In this document: positions 1 to 10,110 of the stretch, piece by piece | Layout of the letters: every line of letters begins with the position of its first letter | How positions within the stretch are numbered: position 1 is the first letter of the stretch | Source of the DNA: Candidatus Poribacteria bacterium | GTDB taxonomy: Bacteria; Poribacteria; WGA-4E; WGA-3G | Assembly (NCBI GenBank): GCA_965209095.1 | Contig: OZ242381.1 | Location: 4,417,784 to 4,481,783 of the forward strand | Direction of reading: 5' to 3' | DNA: 64,000 nucleotides | The notes under the pieces: generated by a model | What the model was told of the DNA's origin: nothing | Seen by the model: the letters and a program-made list of their open reading frames with translations, nothing else | Databases searched by the model: none | Made by a program: the position numbers and the translations under genes

Positions 1-19
1 CAAGTTGCTTTCCCTTCCG

Positions 20-207
20 AGGATATGTAAAGTTTTTGGTACTGCACGTAGGGGCGGGGTCTCCCCGCCCGATTACCACTTCTTACCACATTTCCCATCC
101 CAACCACTGCTGATAGATAGGATTTGTTCCAACGAGGGCGAGGAGACCTCGCCCCTACGATGTGCCTGAACGTGAGATAACCTTTGCCAAAGACTTTACA
201 CACCCTC
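20..207. repeat. MITE-like palindromic element, copy A (reverse-complement orientation relative to copy at 33579-33777)
   Basis: Terminal inverted repeats TGTAAAGTTTTTGG...CCAAAGACTTTACACACCC. Internal GC hairpins GTAGGGGCGGGGTCTCCCCGCCC and GGGCGAGGAGACCTCGCCC. The reverse complement aligns over about 190 bp with 33579-33777 at roughly 85% identity by eye. Confidence 0.6.
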
Positions 208-278
208 CTTCCGATGTTTGTAGTATTAAAGAAACCTTCGTTATCAGTGTAACATATCACTGCTATTTTCTCAAGTCA

Positions 279-314
279 AAATAAAAGGCAGATACCGTAA
301 CGATACCTACCTGT
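279..314 (-). terminator. Rho-independent terminator (conserved GGCAGATAC...ATACCTRCC hairpin plus T-run, copy 1 of 3)
   Basis: On the minus strand it reads GGTAGGTATCG-TTAC-GGTATCTGCC-TTTTATTTT, immediately 3' of gene 346..1362. The same motif recurs at 44212-44253 and 51111-51148. Confidence 0.6.
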
Positions 315-345
315 GAATTGAACAATTAATCCAGTGAAGTATGTT

Positions 346-1362
346 TCATCTGACTTGTTTCAAATGCCCCCACTGGGTTGTGAGTTTATCCAATGGAGAC
401 ACCTCAAGCGAACCCTCAATCCAATGTGGAAAGTAAGCGTGTCCTAACGGAAAATCGGTGAGTTTCGTCATTTTGCGACTATTTAGATCATACCGATAAA
501 TATTACGCGCACCCTCCGGTTCTTTATATCCCATCAGCACTGTGGAATCATTTCCCATCCACGCTAAACCGCCCAAATACACCGATGTAAAGGGAAAATT
601 GTGTGCAACACGTCTATCCGTAAAGACATTCTGAATGATAAGTTGGTGCCTAACAGTTTTACCCTCACGTGTATACTCTACTTCAAAATACATAATATAT
701 TTACCGGAAGGGGACCAACGAGGTTGACCACGTGAAAGCATTGTGACACCTTGGTGAATAGGCGCGATTCGTTCTTTTTTGCCTCCATCTGCATCCATCA
801 CCCAGATAGTGGCACCATTTTTATAAATAATCCGTTTGCCATTAGGAGACCAGCTCGGAGTTTGCGACCACCCATGTTCTACTTTGTTATGTGTGAGTTG
901 GTTGAGTTTTTCACGTTCTAAGTCGTAGGTGTAAATATCTAAATCTCCCCCGCGGGTGCTATCAAAGGCGATGTATCTACCATTAGGGGATACAACGGGG
1001 TTGGTATCTCTCCGATCATTGTCCATAAAACTGTGTTCATTCATACCTGTAGCATCAATGATGAAGAACTCTCGGTGCATTGATTTCCCTGTGTTTCGCA
1101 TTCCTTCACCCCAGTCCCTTTCAAACACAATCCGTTTGCCGTCAGGAAACCATTGAGCGAAGTGATCATAACGATTAGGATCTGTTATTCTGCGTAAATT
1201 ACTGCCATCATCCTCCATGGCGTAGATATGATAGCGCGATTCTCCGAGAAGTTTCATTCTCGCTGCGAACACTATTTTGGCATCACTATCCATCGGACAA
1301 AGCAAAAGAATTGCAAGACTGGCAAACACAGGCAAAAGTGTTAGGTAACATTTCGTTCTCAT
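346..1362 (-). CDS. Secreted TolB-like PD40/WD40-like beta-propeller protein
   Basis: N-terminal signal peptide. Repeated SPNG/SPDG-K-I-F/Y motifs (WFPDGKRIVF, VSPNGRYIAFDS, SWSPNGKRIIY, RWSPSGKYIMY) are typical of PD40 repeats. Paralog of 44282..45250. Confidence 0.7.
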   Translation of the reverse strand: MRTKCYLTLLPVFASLAILLLCPMDSDAKIVFAARMKLLGESRYHIYAMEDDGSNLRRITDPNRYDHFAQWFPDGKRIVFERDWGEGMRNTGKSMHREFFIIDATGMNEHSFMDNDRRDTNPVVSPNGRYIAFDSTRGGDLDIYTYDLEREKLNQLTHNKVEHGWSQTPSWSPNGKRIIYKNGATIWVMDADGGKKERIAPIHQGVTMLSRGQPRWSPSGKYIMYFEVEYTREGKTVRHQLIIQNVFTDRRVAHNFPFTSVYLGGLAWMGNDSTVLMGYKEPEGARNIYRYDLNSRKMTKLTDFPLGHAYFPHWIEGSLEVSPLDKLTTQWGHLKQVR

Positions 1363-1436
1363 GGCATATCTCCTTTAGCGTAGAGTCTGCGGGGTTCTTC
1401 TAAGAACCCCGCAGACAGTAGAATAGCAATACGTTG

Positions 1437-2291
1437 TCAATTACGAGGAATGGATATGTCTGCCTGATCTATTACAGGTAACACATCCTGTTCGTTTGGA
1501 TCTCCATCCGGATATTGCGCGGTAATCTCCACCCGTGCTTCAACCCTATATCTTTCTCCTGGTACTCCACCGTTGGGAAGTGTATAGTCATCAGAGTAAT
1601 AATCGTTAGCAGAATCATCATGGTTATCACTGTTTGCCTGAATAAATCCTACCAAAATAGGTTTGTTAGAGCACTCAAGTACGTCTGCTTCATGTCCGAG
1701 TGGTGTTAAGCGGATAACCTTATATCCTATACTCATCCCATACAGGAGTATCCGTCCCATATTGTCCTTGATGGAACCGGACACCTCGGCTTCTGCCCTG
1801 GTCCCGTTCCACGCGATATTTACCGACCCAGACATTGTCGCCATGGTCCAGTTACCATACTTTGTTCTCGTCTTGGGGAAGGTATAGACAGTAAAATCAT
1901 AGTTAGCAGTATTAAACGACATCCAACCATCGATTTCTTTCTGTGCCAATACACTTATCACATACTTTCTACCTGTCGGAGCTCCTGGTAGATAGGAAAT
2001 AGAAAAATAATGATCTTTCCTCACACCATCACCTTCGGTACTGTCAATTCTACGAGTTTCTTCTGTCGCACTATCATAAACGTACCAGATAAGTTTGTCA
2101 TAAGGCTTGTCCGTTCGGACATAAAAGGTAAAATATGGATCACCATCATCGTATCCTACGTGGGTATCATATTCTACGTGGGTAACATTGGATGACCTCA
2201 GTTCTTCAATACTAATTGCATGACCACTATTGATCATTCCTAACAGAAACACAGTAGAAAGTCCTACTATTGTGAGTGCAATTGCTCTCAT
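1437..2291 (-). CDS. Secreted hypothetical protein (WYV...GDG domain family)
   Basis: Signal peptide MRAIALTIVGLSTVFLLGMINSGHA. Internal M at aa 14 of the track ORF chosen as start. Shares the motif IWYVYDS...IDSTEGDG with 45357..46298 and with the giant protein 51169..54795. Confidence 0.45.
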   Translation of the reverse strand: MRAIALTIVGLSTVFLLGMINSGHAISIEELRSSNVTHVEYDTHVGYDDGDPYFTFYVRTDKPYDKLIWYVYDSATEETRRIDSTEGDGVRKDHYFSISYLPGAPTGRKYVISVLAQKEIDGWMSFNTANYDFTVYTFPKTRTKYGNWTMATMSGSVNIAWNGTRAEAEVSGSIKDNMGRILLYGMSIGYKVIRLTPLGHEADVLECSNKPILVGFIQANSDNHDDSANDYYSDDYTLPNGGVPGERYRVEARVEITAQYPDGDPNEQDVLPVIDQADISIPRN

Positions 2292-2407
2292 TTTTATCTC
2301 CTTATATTGCGTAATAGTTTGTAATAACAATGTTCATGACAATAACAGGAGATATAAAAACATTGTAACTTGATCTCGTGTTATTGTCAAACAGAAATTG
2401 CATCAAC

Positions 2408-2590
2408 GGGTGTGTAAAGTTTTTGTACCAATTCAAACTTTTTCATATCAGGTAACGCCTCTCTCTACACCTTGTAGGGGCGGGTCTCTGTGCCCGCCCG
2501 TTACATCCAATTTCTCAGACATGGCGGGGCACAGAGACCCCGCACTACAATGGTTGGTGAGAAGTTAGTGACAAAAACTTTACATACCCT
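2408..2590. repeat. MITE-like palindromic element, copy B
   Basis: TIRs GGGTGTGTAAAGTTTTTGTACC ... GTGACAAAAACTTTACATACCC. Internal hairpins GTAGGGGCGGGTCTCTGTGCCCGCCC and GGCGGGGCACAGAGACCCCGCACTACAATGG. The track ORF 2490..2702 lies inside it and is spurious. Confidence 0.6.
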
Positions 2591-3022
2591 GCATCAACTA
2601 ACAATTAGTGTGATGCAACAAAAAAGCCCGCAACGTGAAACGCCGTGCAGGCACAAAAATATCACAGTTTTCAAAACCTGTGATAAGACCTTTAGAGATT
2701 GATTTAAGGTAACGAATGTTAAATATTGTGCTATATATTTATATATCGAGAGAGTTAATATGTGGCACAAACACGGACTGAACCCTTAGCGCGGACATCT
2801 TTTGGGTATGAATTGAAGTACCTACATTCTGCTTATTAGTCATGATTTGCCCACATTCTATATTATAATTATATATTAACATTAAATCTTTAAGTAACTG
2901 TAATCGAAAATGCACTTAATGTCAAGTGTTTTTTGAAAAAATTGTAAAAAGTGGAGGGATTCAGATCTTTTTCCAGAAATTATGCAATTCAAACATAACC
3001 TATCTATCGCATATCTATAACT

Positions 3023-3745
3023 CTACTCCTCAATAACAGCATCTGCAAGTAGATATGCAGAAGCCAAAAAGACCAGACTTGAACCGATCAACAACCCTAA
3101 CCAGAATCTGTTTTCCAATCCACCTGTTACCAGAATAGAGACGGTACATTTTGTGCCGCCCATAATTATAGGAATCACAAGCGGCAGGAGTATAACGGAT
3201 AATAGGCTTTCACCACCATTTGTACTGGTAGACATTCCCGCTAACAGCACTCCGACAGCACAAAATCCGAGTGTGCCAATACTCAACACACCAAACAATT
3301 TCAACAGGATGACTACTGTAATATCATCAAAAAGATCAAAAAATTGGAGGGCAATAGGCGTAATGACTATTTCCAGTAGTAGTAGGAAAACGAGGTTACT
3401 AATGACTTTGGAGAGGTATACATTGCTTGCATCAACACCTGTAAGTCGTATACCGTGTAATGCTCCGTGCGTGCGTTCAATGACGAAGGAACGATTTAAG
3501 GTGATGATGCCTGCAAAAACAAACGCAGCCCAGAGAACACTTGCGGTTAACTTTCCGCGTTCACTCTTTTCTATTGGGAAATTCGGACCGAACGCAAACG
3601 CAAAAATAAGTACTACGAGGATGCTAAAAACAAATATTAGTGCCAACGTCTCTTTAGAACGGAATTGTAATCCAATGTCTTTGCGAATCAACGCGGCAAT
3701 CTGACGAAGTGCCTTCATGTTTGTCTCAATTTGAAAGAACGACAT
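3023..3745 (-). CDS. ccmB: Heme exporter permease CcmB
   Basis: Six predicted TM segments. N-terminal LRQIAALIRKDIGLQFRSKETL...FAFGP matches the CcmB signature (FxxGP). Lies 10 nt downstream of ccmA. Alternative start at 3718 (MKALRQ). Confidence 0.7.
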   Translation of the reverse strand: MSFFQIETNMKALRQIAALIRKDIGLQFRSKETLALIFVFSILVVLIFAFAFGPNFPIEKSERGKLTASVLWAAFVFAGIITLNRSFVIERTHGALHGIRLTGVDASNVYLSKVISNLVFLLLLEIVITPIALQFFDLFDDITVVILLKLFGVLSIGTLGFCAVGVLLAGMSTSTNGGESLLSVILLPLVIPIIMGGTKCTVSILVTGGLENRFWLGLLIGSSLVFLASAYLLADAVIEE

Positions 3746-3755
3746 ATCACTGCAC

Positions 3756-4520
3756 TCACGCGGTGTCTATTATCCTTTCTTCATACCTCTGCAGTAAATA
3801 CTCTTGGGGTATATCGTCTTTCTGTGCGATCTCTTCCAAATCTCCATTTATCATAAAGAGGAACCTTGTTCCAACCAGATAACCTAATTCTGTATTATGA
3901 GTCGTGATGAGTATACCTTTCCCATTTTCACGTTCTTGTGCAATACGTTTGAGAACAAACTGTTTCGCAGCCGCATCCAGTCCAGAGAAAGGTTCATCAA
4001 GTAACAGAATCGAAGGGTTATGTAGGAGAGCTCTGGCAATCATAAAACGTTGTGTCATGCCGCGTGAAAAGATGTGAAGCGGTTCGTGTACAAAACGTTC
4101 CAATCCTACTTCATTTAGAAGGGCAGGACATCGGATATCTAAATTTTCAACACCATACATCTGTCCGAAAAACTTTAGATTTTCATAAGGAGACAACGCA
4201 GGATATCCCAAGTGTTCATGCACAATGATCCCTAACTTGTGTCGTACTTTGGCATAATCAGAGATTGCGTCTATGTCTTCAATTTTAAGTTCACCAGTTG
4301 TCGGGCGTAGGAGTGTAGCAAGAATCTTTATGAATGTCGTTTTACCTGCGCCGTTGGGACCGAAAATTGCGACCACTTCTCCAGCGTTAATCGTTAGGTT
4401 TGCGTTATTGACAACCTTTCGGTGCCCGAAATGTTTTGTGATTTGGGAAGCACTCAAACGCATAGTGTGTTGTTGTCCGCGTGAATACAAAAAGAAAGGG
4501 CAGGTGTTGGACCTGCCCAT
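3756..4520 (-). CDS. ccmA: Heme exporter ATP-binding protein CcmA
   Basis: Walker A GPNGAGKTT, ABC signature FSRGMTQR, Walker B ILLLDEP. Adjacent to ccmB. Alternative start at 4463 (MRLSASQ). Confidence 0.75.
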   Translation of the reverse strand: MGRSNTCPFFLYSRGQQHTMRLSASQITKHFGHRKVVNNANLTINAGEVVAIFGPNGAGKTTFIKILATLLRPTTGELKIEDIDAISDYAKVRHKLGIIVHEHLGYPALSPYENLKFFGQMYGVENLDIRCPALLNEVGLERFVHEPLHIFSRGMTQRFMIARALLHNPSILLLDEPFSGLDAAAKQFVLKRIAQERENGKGILITTHNTELGYLVGTRFLFMINGDLEEIAQKDDIPQEYLLQRYEERIIDTA

Positions 4521-4531
4521 ATCAATCCGTT

Positions 4532-5425
4532 TTACATCATGCGTTTAATGATTGCAGCTCCCTGTTCTGGTGTAACACCCATCTGTTGATGTGTCATAGG
4601 TCCATTTTCCAAAACAGGTTCCAACTGATCTAATGATTGACTGTTTGTATCGTGATAGAACAACCCGAGCTGAGTGTCATATCCTGTTTTGACAGCTTGT
4701 TCAAGGGCAGCTGCTTTGTCACTTATGTCGTGGTTTTCTAAAAAATTGACCCGTTCCTTCCAATAATCGAAAATTTCATCCTTCCATGTTACACATGGAC
4801 TGATAACATCAATAAATGCAAATCCTTTGTGCTGCATGCCGTTAATCATCAACTCTGTGAGTTGCTTTCTTTCCGAACTAAATGCTCGGGCGACGTAAGT
4901 AGCACCTGAGACGATTGCCATTGCAACGGGATTGAGTGGTGTTTCTATATTGCCGAACGGTGTGCTTTTAGTAGCTTCTCCGACCACAGTGGTAGGTGAG
5001 GCTTGACCGACAGTCAATCCGTATGTCTCGTTGTTCATCACAATGTAAAGGAGATCTATATTCTTGCGCATCGTATGTATGAAATGGTTTCCACCGATTC
5101 CATATCCATCTCCATCACCCCCCGTCACTACGACATTCAATTCATGATTAGCCATTTTAGCTCCCGTTGCTACGGCAAGTGAACGTCCATGCAGGGTATG
5201 CATTCCGTAAGTGCGAATGAAACCAGGTAGATTTGATGAACACCCGATTCCGCTAACGGTGAGATGATCGTGGTTTCCCCGTCCAAGTTCTGCATATGCA
5301 ATTTGTAGGGCACTCAAGACACCAAAATCACCGCAACCGGGACACCAGTCAGGATTTACACTTTTGTAATCTTTCGCTGTAGGAGCACCTTTGATAGGTC
5401 TTTCTTTTTTTGCCATCTGATTCAT
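4532..5425 (-). CDS. korB: 2-oxoacid:ferredoxin oxidoreductase beta subunit (TPP-binding)
   Basis: Motifs DWCPGCGDFGVL and GIGCSS, with a GDG TPP-binding motif. Strong RBS AGGAGG 5 nt upstream. Follows korA. Confidence 0.8.
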   Translation of the reverse strand: MNQMAKKERPIKGAPTAKDYKSVNPDWCPGCGDFGVLSALQIAYAELGRGNHDHLTVSGIGCSSNLPGFIRTYGMHTLHGRSLAVATGAKMANHELNVVVTGGDGDGYGIGGNHFIHTMRKNIDLLYIVMNNETYGLTVGQASPTTVVGEATKSTPFGNIETPLNPVAMAIVSGATYVARAFSSERKQLTELMINGMQHKGFAFIDVISPCVTWKDEIFDYWKERVNFLENHDISDKAAALEQAVKTGYDTQLGLFYHDTNSQSLDQLEPVLENGPMTHQQMGVTPEQGAAIIKRMM

Positions 5426-5431
5426 CCTCCT

Positions 5432-7255
5432 TTACACAACAATTTCTTGGTATGGCACATAAAGCTCTGTCTTACCGATCAATAATTCACGTGTACCATC
5501 AACGATGTGGTGTGGCATAAACGGTTCTCCATCATATTTGCGGATATGTCCGTCTGCCTTAAAACCTGTTTCACCTCGTAAGAACCTTGCGAACTGTCCA
5601 GTGTAGTTACATTCAACAATAATAGATTGACCCGCATTTGCCATTACTTCGTTTACAACATCTTCGTCAATCGGGTAAAGCCATTTGAAATGTATGTGGT
5701 TTGTTACAATACCGTCTTCATTTAACATCTGTGCTGCTTCGCGAATGACTCCGTGTGTAGACCCCCAACCGATTAGAGTGACATCCGCGTCTTCTGGTCC
5801 TTCAAGTGTTGGTGGTGGAAGGAGTTTGACAATGCCTTCCATTTTCCGTTGGCGTTTCTCCATAATGTCACGACGTTTATGTGGATTAGTGAACTCATCA
5901 CTAATTAGGCCACCATCTTCATCATGGTCATCGGTAGCTACGACATGTATGTATCCTGGGACACCGGGAATAGCCCGTGGGGAAATACCGCTGTCCGTAA
6001 TTTGATAGCGTAAATATTCTCCATCCATTTCTCCAAGTTCGCTTATCATCTCGCCACGGTCTATTTCTGGTTGCCAGTTGATAGAATCAGGGTCAAACGT
6101 CGTATAACCCATAGAAAGTGTGAGATCCGAAAGAACCATGCCAGGACATTGGAACTTATCAACGAGGTTGAAGATTTTAGGCATCGTATCAAATCCATCC
6201 ATGATGCTAATAGGAGCCACAATAATCTTCGGGAAGTCTCCTTGACTTGCACCGAGGAGTTGCCACAAGTCACCTTGTTCAGTTTTGGTAGGCAAGCCGG
6301 TAGAGGGTCCTCCGCGCTGGACGTTGATAACAACGATAGGAATTTCCATCATTGCCGCACTACCGATTGCTTCGGACATGAGGGCAAATCCGCCTCCAGA
6401 TGTCGCGCACATTGCGCGGCACCCTGCATGTGCGGCACCGATTACCATATTGATAACACTGATTTCATCTTCACATTGACGCACCATAATATTCAGATTT
6501 CGTGCATTCGCTGCCATCCAGTGAAGAACACCGGTTGAAGGGCTCATCGGATAGGCAGCATAGAATTTAACGCCTGCAGCCGCACCTCCCATAGCCATTG
6601 CACCATTTCCTTCCACAAAGGCAAGCGCGGGTTCCTGTTTCTCAAACTTTGCCTCAAATTGTGTGAAGTTTTCAGCCGCATGTTCGTAACCTGCGGTAGC
6701 AACCATGATGTTCGCGTCCACAACTGCTTGCCCTTTTCGTCTGAGAAGTGCACCGATAATTATATCCTCAAGTACCTTCAAATCTGCACCGACGAGTCTT
6801 AGAGCAGCACCAAGCATACACGTATTCAGAGCTGCCTTTTGGATTTTTCTATATTCAACTACATCGGAAAACTTTTCAGGTTCAATTGTACTGGAAAACT
6901 CTTTGTAAGGTATAGGACACAACTGGATATCATCTCGTTCTGGTGCCTGCTTTTTAGCATCATCTTCGTTATAGATGAATGCACCACCAGGTCTGACGTT
7001 CTCTATGTGTTTTTCTATGCTGTTTTTATCAAGGGCGATAATGAGGTCAATTTCGTCGCCATGATTAGCGACCGGTTCAGAACTGATTCTGATAGTGAGG
7101 AAGGTATGGCCGCCACGGATGAGGGATTGATAGGCACTGTAAGTGAAGACGTGCAACCCGTACCGGGCGCAGATTTGCCCCAGACTTTTTCCAAGTGTTT
7201 CTATACCTTGTCCGGGTGCCCCTCCTACAGCGACTACAAAATCGTACTTTGCCAT
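5432..7255 (-). CDS. korA: 2-oxoacid:ferredoxin oxidoreductase alpha subunit (fused gamma-alpha type)
   Basis: N-terminal gamma-like domain (MAKYDFVVAVGGAPGQGIETLGK), pyruvate flavodoxin/ferredoxin oxidoreductase core and transketolase-C-like domain. Start placed at 7255, with RBS AAGGAG 6 nt upstream. Confidence 0.8.
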   Translation of the reverse strand: MAKYDFVVAVGGAPGQGIETLGKSLGQICARYGLHVFTYSAYQSLIRGGHTFLTIRISSEPVANHGDEIDLIIALDKNSIEKHIENVRPGGAFIYNEDDAKKQAPERDDIQLCPIPYKEFSSTIEPEKFSDVVEYRKIQKAALNTCMLGAALRLVGADLKVLEDIIIGALLRRKGQAVVDANIMVATAGYEHAAENFTQFEAKFEKQEPALAFVEGNGAMAMGGAAAGVKFYAAYPMSPSTGVLHWMAANARNLNIMVRQCEDEISVINMVIGAAHAGCRAMCATSGGGFALMSEAIGSAAMMEIPIVVINVQRGGPSTGLPTKTEQGDLWQLLGASQGDFPKIIVAPISIMDGFDTMPKIFNLVDKFQCPGMVLSDLTLSMGYTTFDPDSINWQPEIDRGEMISELGEMDGEYLRYQITDSGISPRAIPGVPGYIHVVATDDHDEDGGLISDEFTNPHKRRDIMEKRQRKMEGIVKLLPPPTLEGPEDADVTLIGWGSTHGVIREAAQMLNEDGIVTNHIHFKWLYPIDEDVVNEVMANAGQSIIVECNYTGQFARFLRGETGFKADGHIRKYDGEPFMPHHIVDGTRELLIGKTELYVPYQEIVV

Positions 7256-7792
7256 CTTGGCTCCTTTCAAATTGTAGACAATTTGCTCGCTATAAATTAA
7301 TTATTGTATTAATTCGCGCTTTCTTAAAAAAGTTTGTAAAATTTCATTTGTAAACAATCCTAATATTCTTCTTTTTGTAATTATATCATATTTATATCTC
7401 GTTTTCAAGTTTTATTTATAGCAGAGTTTGTTAAGTTATTTGGCATAGTCAAACAAGGTAAAGTCATCCAATAATGTCTTTTTTACTTGTTTTTTGAATT
7501 TTTTCTGTATAGTGATCTTGTTTTTGTAGTGGTGTGGGTTTGTTGCAGTTTTTTGTTTTGATTGAATTTTGAAAAAACAAGTAAATAGGGTGTTTTTGTT
7601 TGTTTATTGTTCATTTTTTGGACAGTTTTGGTGTGATTATATTTATGGATAATATTATAACGAAAGGTGGAGTAGATGGGAAGTGTTATTGGGTATGAGG
7701 ACAATAGATTTAGGGTATAATCTATTGTTCGGATCTCGGATTTCGCAGAATAGTGGATTTTTTCTCAATGTTGTTCATTGGATTTACGGTTG

Positions 7793-8407
7793 TTAAGTTT
7801 CACTCAATGCTTTAAGGGCTTCTTGTGCTTCTGGTATTCCAATTTGGTCTAATGCAAACGCTACATGATGCTTAACACGATCAGATTCATCATCAAGTGC
7901 TTTTATCAATGCAGGTACTGCTTCTGCTGCAGCTTCACCCATTTTAGAAAGTGCATAAGCGGAATAGGTTCGCACCTCAATATCAGGGTCGTTTAAAGCT
8001 TGGATGATTGCTGGTATCGCGCTAACTGCCGTAACCCCCATCCCACTGAATGCACGCACGGCATATTGGCGGAGTTCTTCATCAAGTTTGTTTTCTAATG
8101 CAATAAGCAAAGCAGGTATTGCGGGTTCACCTATACGGGTAAGCGTGCTGGTAATTGCGAGAGCTTGATGTTTAGGGGCAATCTCAATTTCATGCATGAG
8201 CATCGGAATAACCGGCTCGCCGAATGCTGCTAAGACATCAGCTGCTTCATCTGCGACATCTGAAAGATTGTGTGCCAATGCCTCAATCAATTGTGGTATA
8301 GCAGGTTCGCCGATTTCAATCAATTCAGTTCTTGCATTTTCCAGTACATCATCGTCAAAATCTTCTAAATCTTCAATTAATTCTGCAATATACTGTTCAT
8401 CACTCAT
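7793..8407 (-). CDS. HEAT-repeat (PBS-lyase type) protein
   Basis: Tandem roughly 30-aa repeats of the form ...R..A..AL..IG.P.A...LI.AL.D. Confidence 0.6.
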   Translation of the reverse strand: MSDEQYIAELIEDLEDFDDDVLENARTELIEIGEPAIPQLIEALAHNLSDVADEAADVLAAFGEPVIPMLMHEIEIAPKHQALAITSTLTRIGEPAIPALLIALENKLDEELRQYAVRAFSGMGVTAVSAIPAIIQALNDPDIEVRTYSAYALSKMGEAAAEAVPALIKALDDESDRVKHHVAFALDQIGIPEAQEALKALSET

Positions 8408-8441
8408 TCCATGCTATCCTTCTTATAATTTCCAACCTATA

Positions 8442-9761
8442 TTAGTTATCTATCCCACGTTCTTTCCGCTGATCAAGAATCTCCGACAGACGTTCTGTTT
8501 GTTCCTTACGTAATCGGTTATAGACCCGTTCCGATATTTTATTTTTTTCGTGCATCGCATCAAGCATAGTGATTAATTCAAGTCGTGTATTACGTGTATT
8601 TTCCAAATCGGTATCATTAAGTTTACGAAGCCAACCCGCATCCTTATGTGTAGTTTCTGTATTATCAGGATTCTCAGTTGAACGTTGTGTGCCGCGTAGC
8701 GTAAAAATCGCCGCAACAAGAAAACCACCTGCTAAAGCAGCAGCAACTGCGATTAGGACCATCTGTCCAATATTTGATTCTTTCGTTTCGTCTGAACCGA
8801 TTTGTTGTTTCGTAAGTACTAATCTCATATCTGGTGTTTCACCGATTGCGAAACCGTCTTCAGTTGCTGCGGCATATTTAATATATACTGTACCATGAAA
8901 CTGCGTTCGACCACTCATAACAAATCGTTTTGAACGGGGGACGATACTAATACCTTCTGGAACAAGAAATGTAATTTGTTCTGTATGAAAAGACATGGGT
9001 CTGGATAATTGTATGTCACGCCCCTTAGACTGGATACTATATCCAAATCCACCTTCCATTTCGCCGGGAGGTATTGGGTTTGGAAGGATTGCATTGTCAT
9101 TAGAAGAACTCATTGTTAAGGAGGCAGGAGCAAACGGTTTAAAGTTCTCATGATCTTGTGGAAGAGCAAAATAGAAACCTACATCTTTCCCATTGTATTT
9201 CGTCTGAAACGGCAAAGCAGCGTTGTTTTTGACTACAAATACTTCAAAAATTGACAATATACCGTTCTTGATATCGTCTTCAGATGCAAATCCGATAGCA
9301 ATGCTATATGTTTTTATACTGATCTTTGATGGATCATCCGTAATTCCTCCAATATTAATGTCTACGACAAGGTTAGGAACAAACGAAGATAACACCAGAT
9401 CCTTTTCTTCGTGTACTGTGTCATCGTAAGTCGTAGTGACTGAATAATGTGTCTGCATATCAATCGGTAAATTTTCAAAATGATAGTGTCCATCTTCATC
9501 CGTTGTTGTTTCTTGTTGCGATATCTCCTCTCCTCTATGAATATTCAGTGTAACAGGATGATTCGCTATAGGTTCACCTAATTTTCCATCAATTAGTTCA
9601 CCATGAATAACACCGATATCATTTTGAGAATAGGTTGCAGGAAGGAATAGAATACAGGTAAGAATTATTAACAAGAGGCTACCAAAACAATTGATGACAT
9701 CTACATATTCTAAAATGCTGTTTTTCTTTGTAAAAAATAATGAAGGACGAAATATTCTCAT
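8442..9761 (-). CDS. Membrane protein with carboxypeptidase-regulatory-like (CarbReg) beta-sandwich domain
   Basis: N-terminal TM/signal segment. The segment GVIHGELIDGKLGEPIANHPVTLN...DEDGHYHFENLP looks CarbReg-like. A second TM helix is followed by a coiled C-terminus. Co-oriented with the ccm genes. Confidence 0.4.
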   Translation of the reverse strand: MRIFRPSLFFTKKNSILEYVDVINCFGSLLLIILTCILFLPATYSQNDIGVIHGELIDGKLGEPIANHPVTLNIHRGEEISQQETTTDEDGHYHFENLPIDMQTHYSVTTTYDDTVHEEKDLVLSSFVPNLVVDINIGGITDDPSKISIKTYSIAIGFASEDDIKNGILSIFEVFVVKNNAALPFQTKYNGKDVGFYFALPQDHENFKPFAPASLTMSSSNDNAILPNPIPPGEMEGGFGYSIQSKGRDIQLSRPMSFHTEQITFLVPEGISIVPRSKRFVMSGRTQFHGTVYIKYAAATEDGFAIGETPDMRLVLTKQQIGSDETKESNIGQMVLIAVAAALAGGFLVAAIFTLRGTQRSTENPDNTETTHKDAGWLRKLNDTDLENTRNTRLELITMLDAMHEKNKISERVYNRLRKEQTERLSEILDQRKERGIDN

Positions 9762-9763
9762 AG

Positions 9764-10099
9764 TTATTGTCTTTGTTGTTTGTACCTTTCAATCTCAGCT
9801 TCTACATCTGTCTGAGCAGCCGCTTCCAGTTGACTGACAACATGTGCAGTATCCTGCATTAGTGCAGCACGCAATTCCTGATAGTCTTCATCCGATAGTT
9901 TTCCTGTTTCATAATCTTCGTCAAGGTCAGCCAAAGCAGAATAACACTGTTCACGTTCCATATATAGCGTTTGCATACGTGTTTCAGCAGGATCAACGTT
10001 CAGAAACGGATCTACACCTCTAAAAAGCGGGTAGGCGATATAGAGAAAAACAAGAATAACTAACACTAAAATGAGAGACCACAGGAGGACAATAGTCAT
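9764..10099 (-). CDS. Small membrane protein (possible CcmH C-terminal / CcmI-like fragment)
   Basis: One TM helix followed by an acidic helical tail. Lies in the ccm operon directly downstream of the CcmH-like gene. Confidence 0.3.
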   Translation of the reverse strand: MTIVLLWSLILVLVILVFLYIAYPLFRGVDPFLNVDPAETRMQTLYMEREQCYSALADLDEDYETGKLSDEDYQELRAALMQDTAHVVSQLEAAAQTDVEAEIERYKQQRQ

Positions 10100-10110
10100 A
10101 ATAAAATAAC

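Noticed and set aside
2490-2702. 70-aa ORF from the six-frame track
   Set aside because: It lies entirely within MITE copy B (GC hairpins). Arg/Pro-rich translation of repeat DNA, with no RBS.
6071-6538. Antisense ORFs inside korA, and similar antisense ORFs inside the metalloprotease gene (e.g. 52764-53174, 53585-53938)
   Set aside because: They sit inside long, well-supported genes on the opposite strand. Arg/Cys/His-rich composition is typical of antisense frames of GC-moderate coding DNA.
7483-7704. 73-aa minus-strand ORF (K/T/N-rich)
   Set aside because: Low-complexity translation of the AT/GT-rich intergenic region upstream of korA. No RBS. Not credible.
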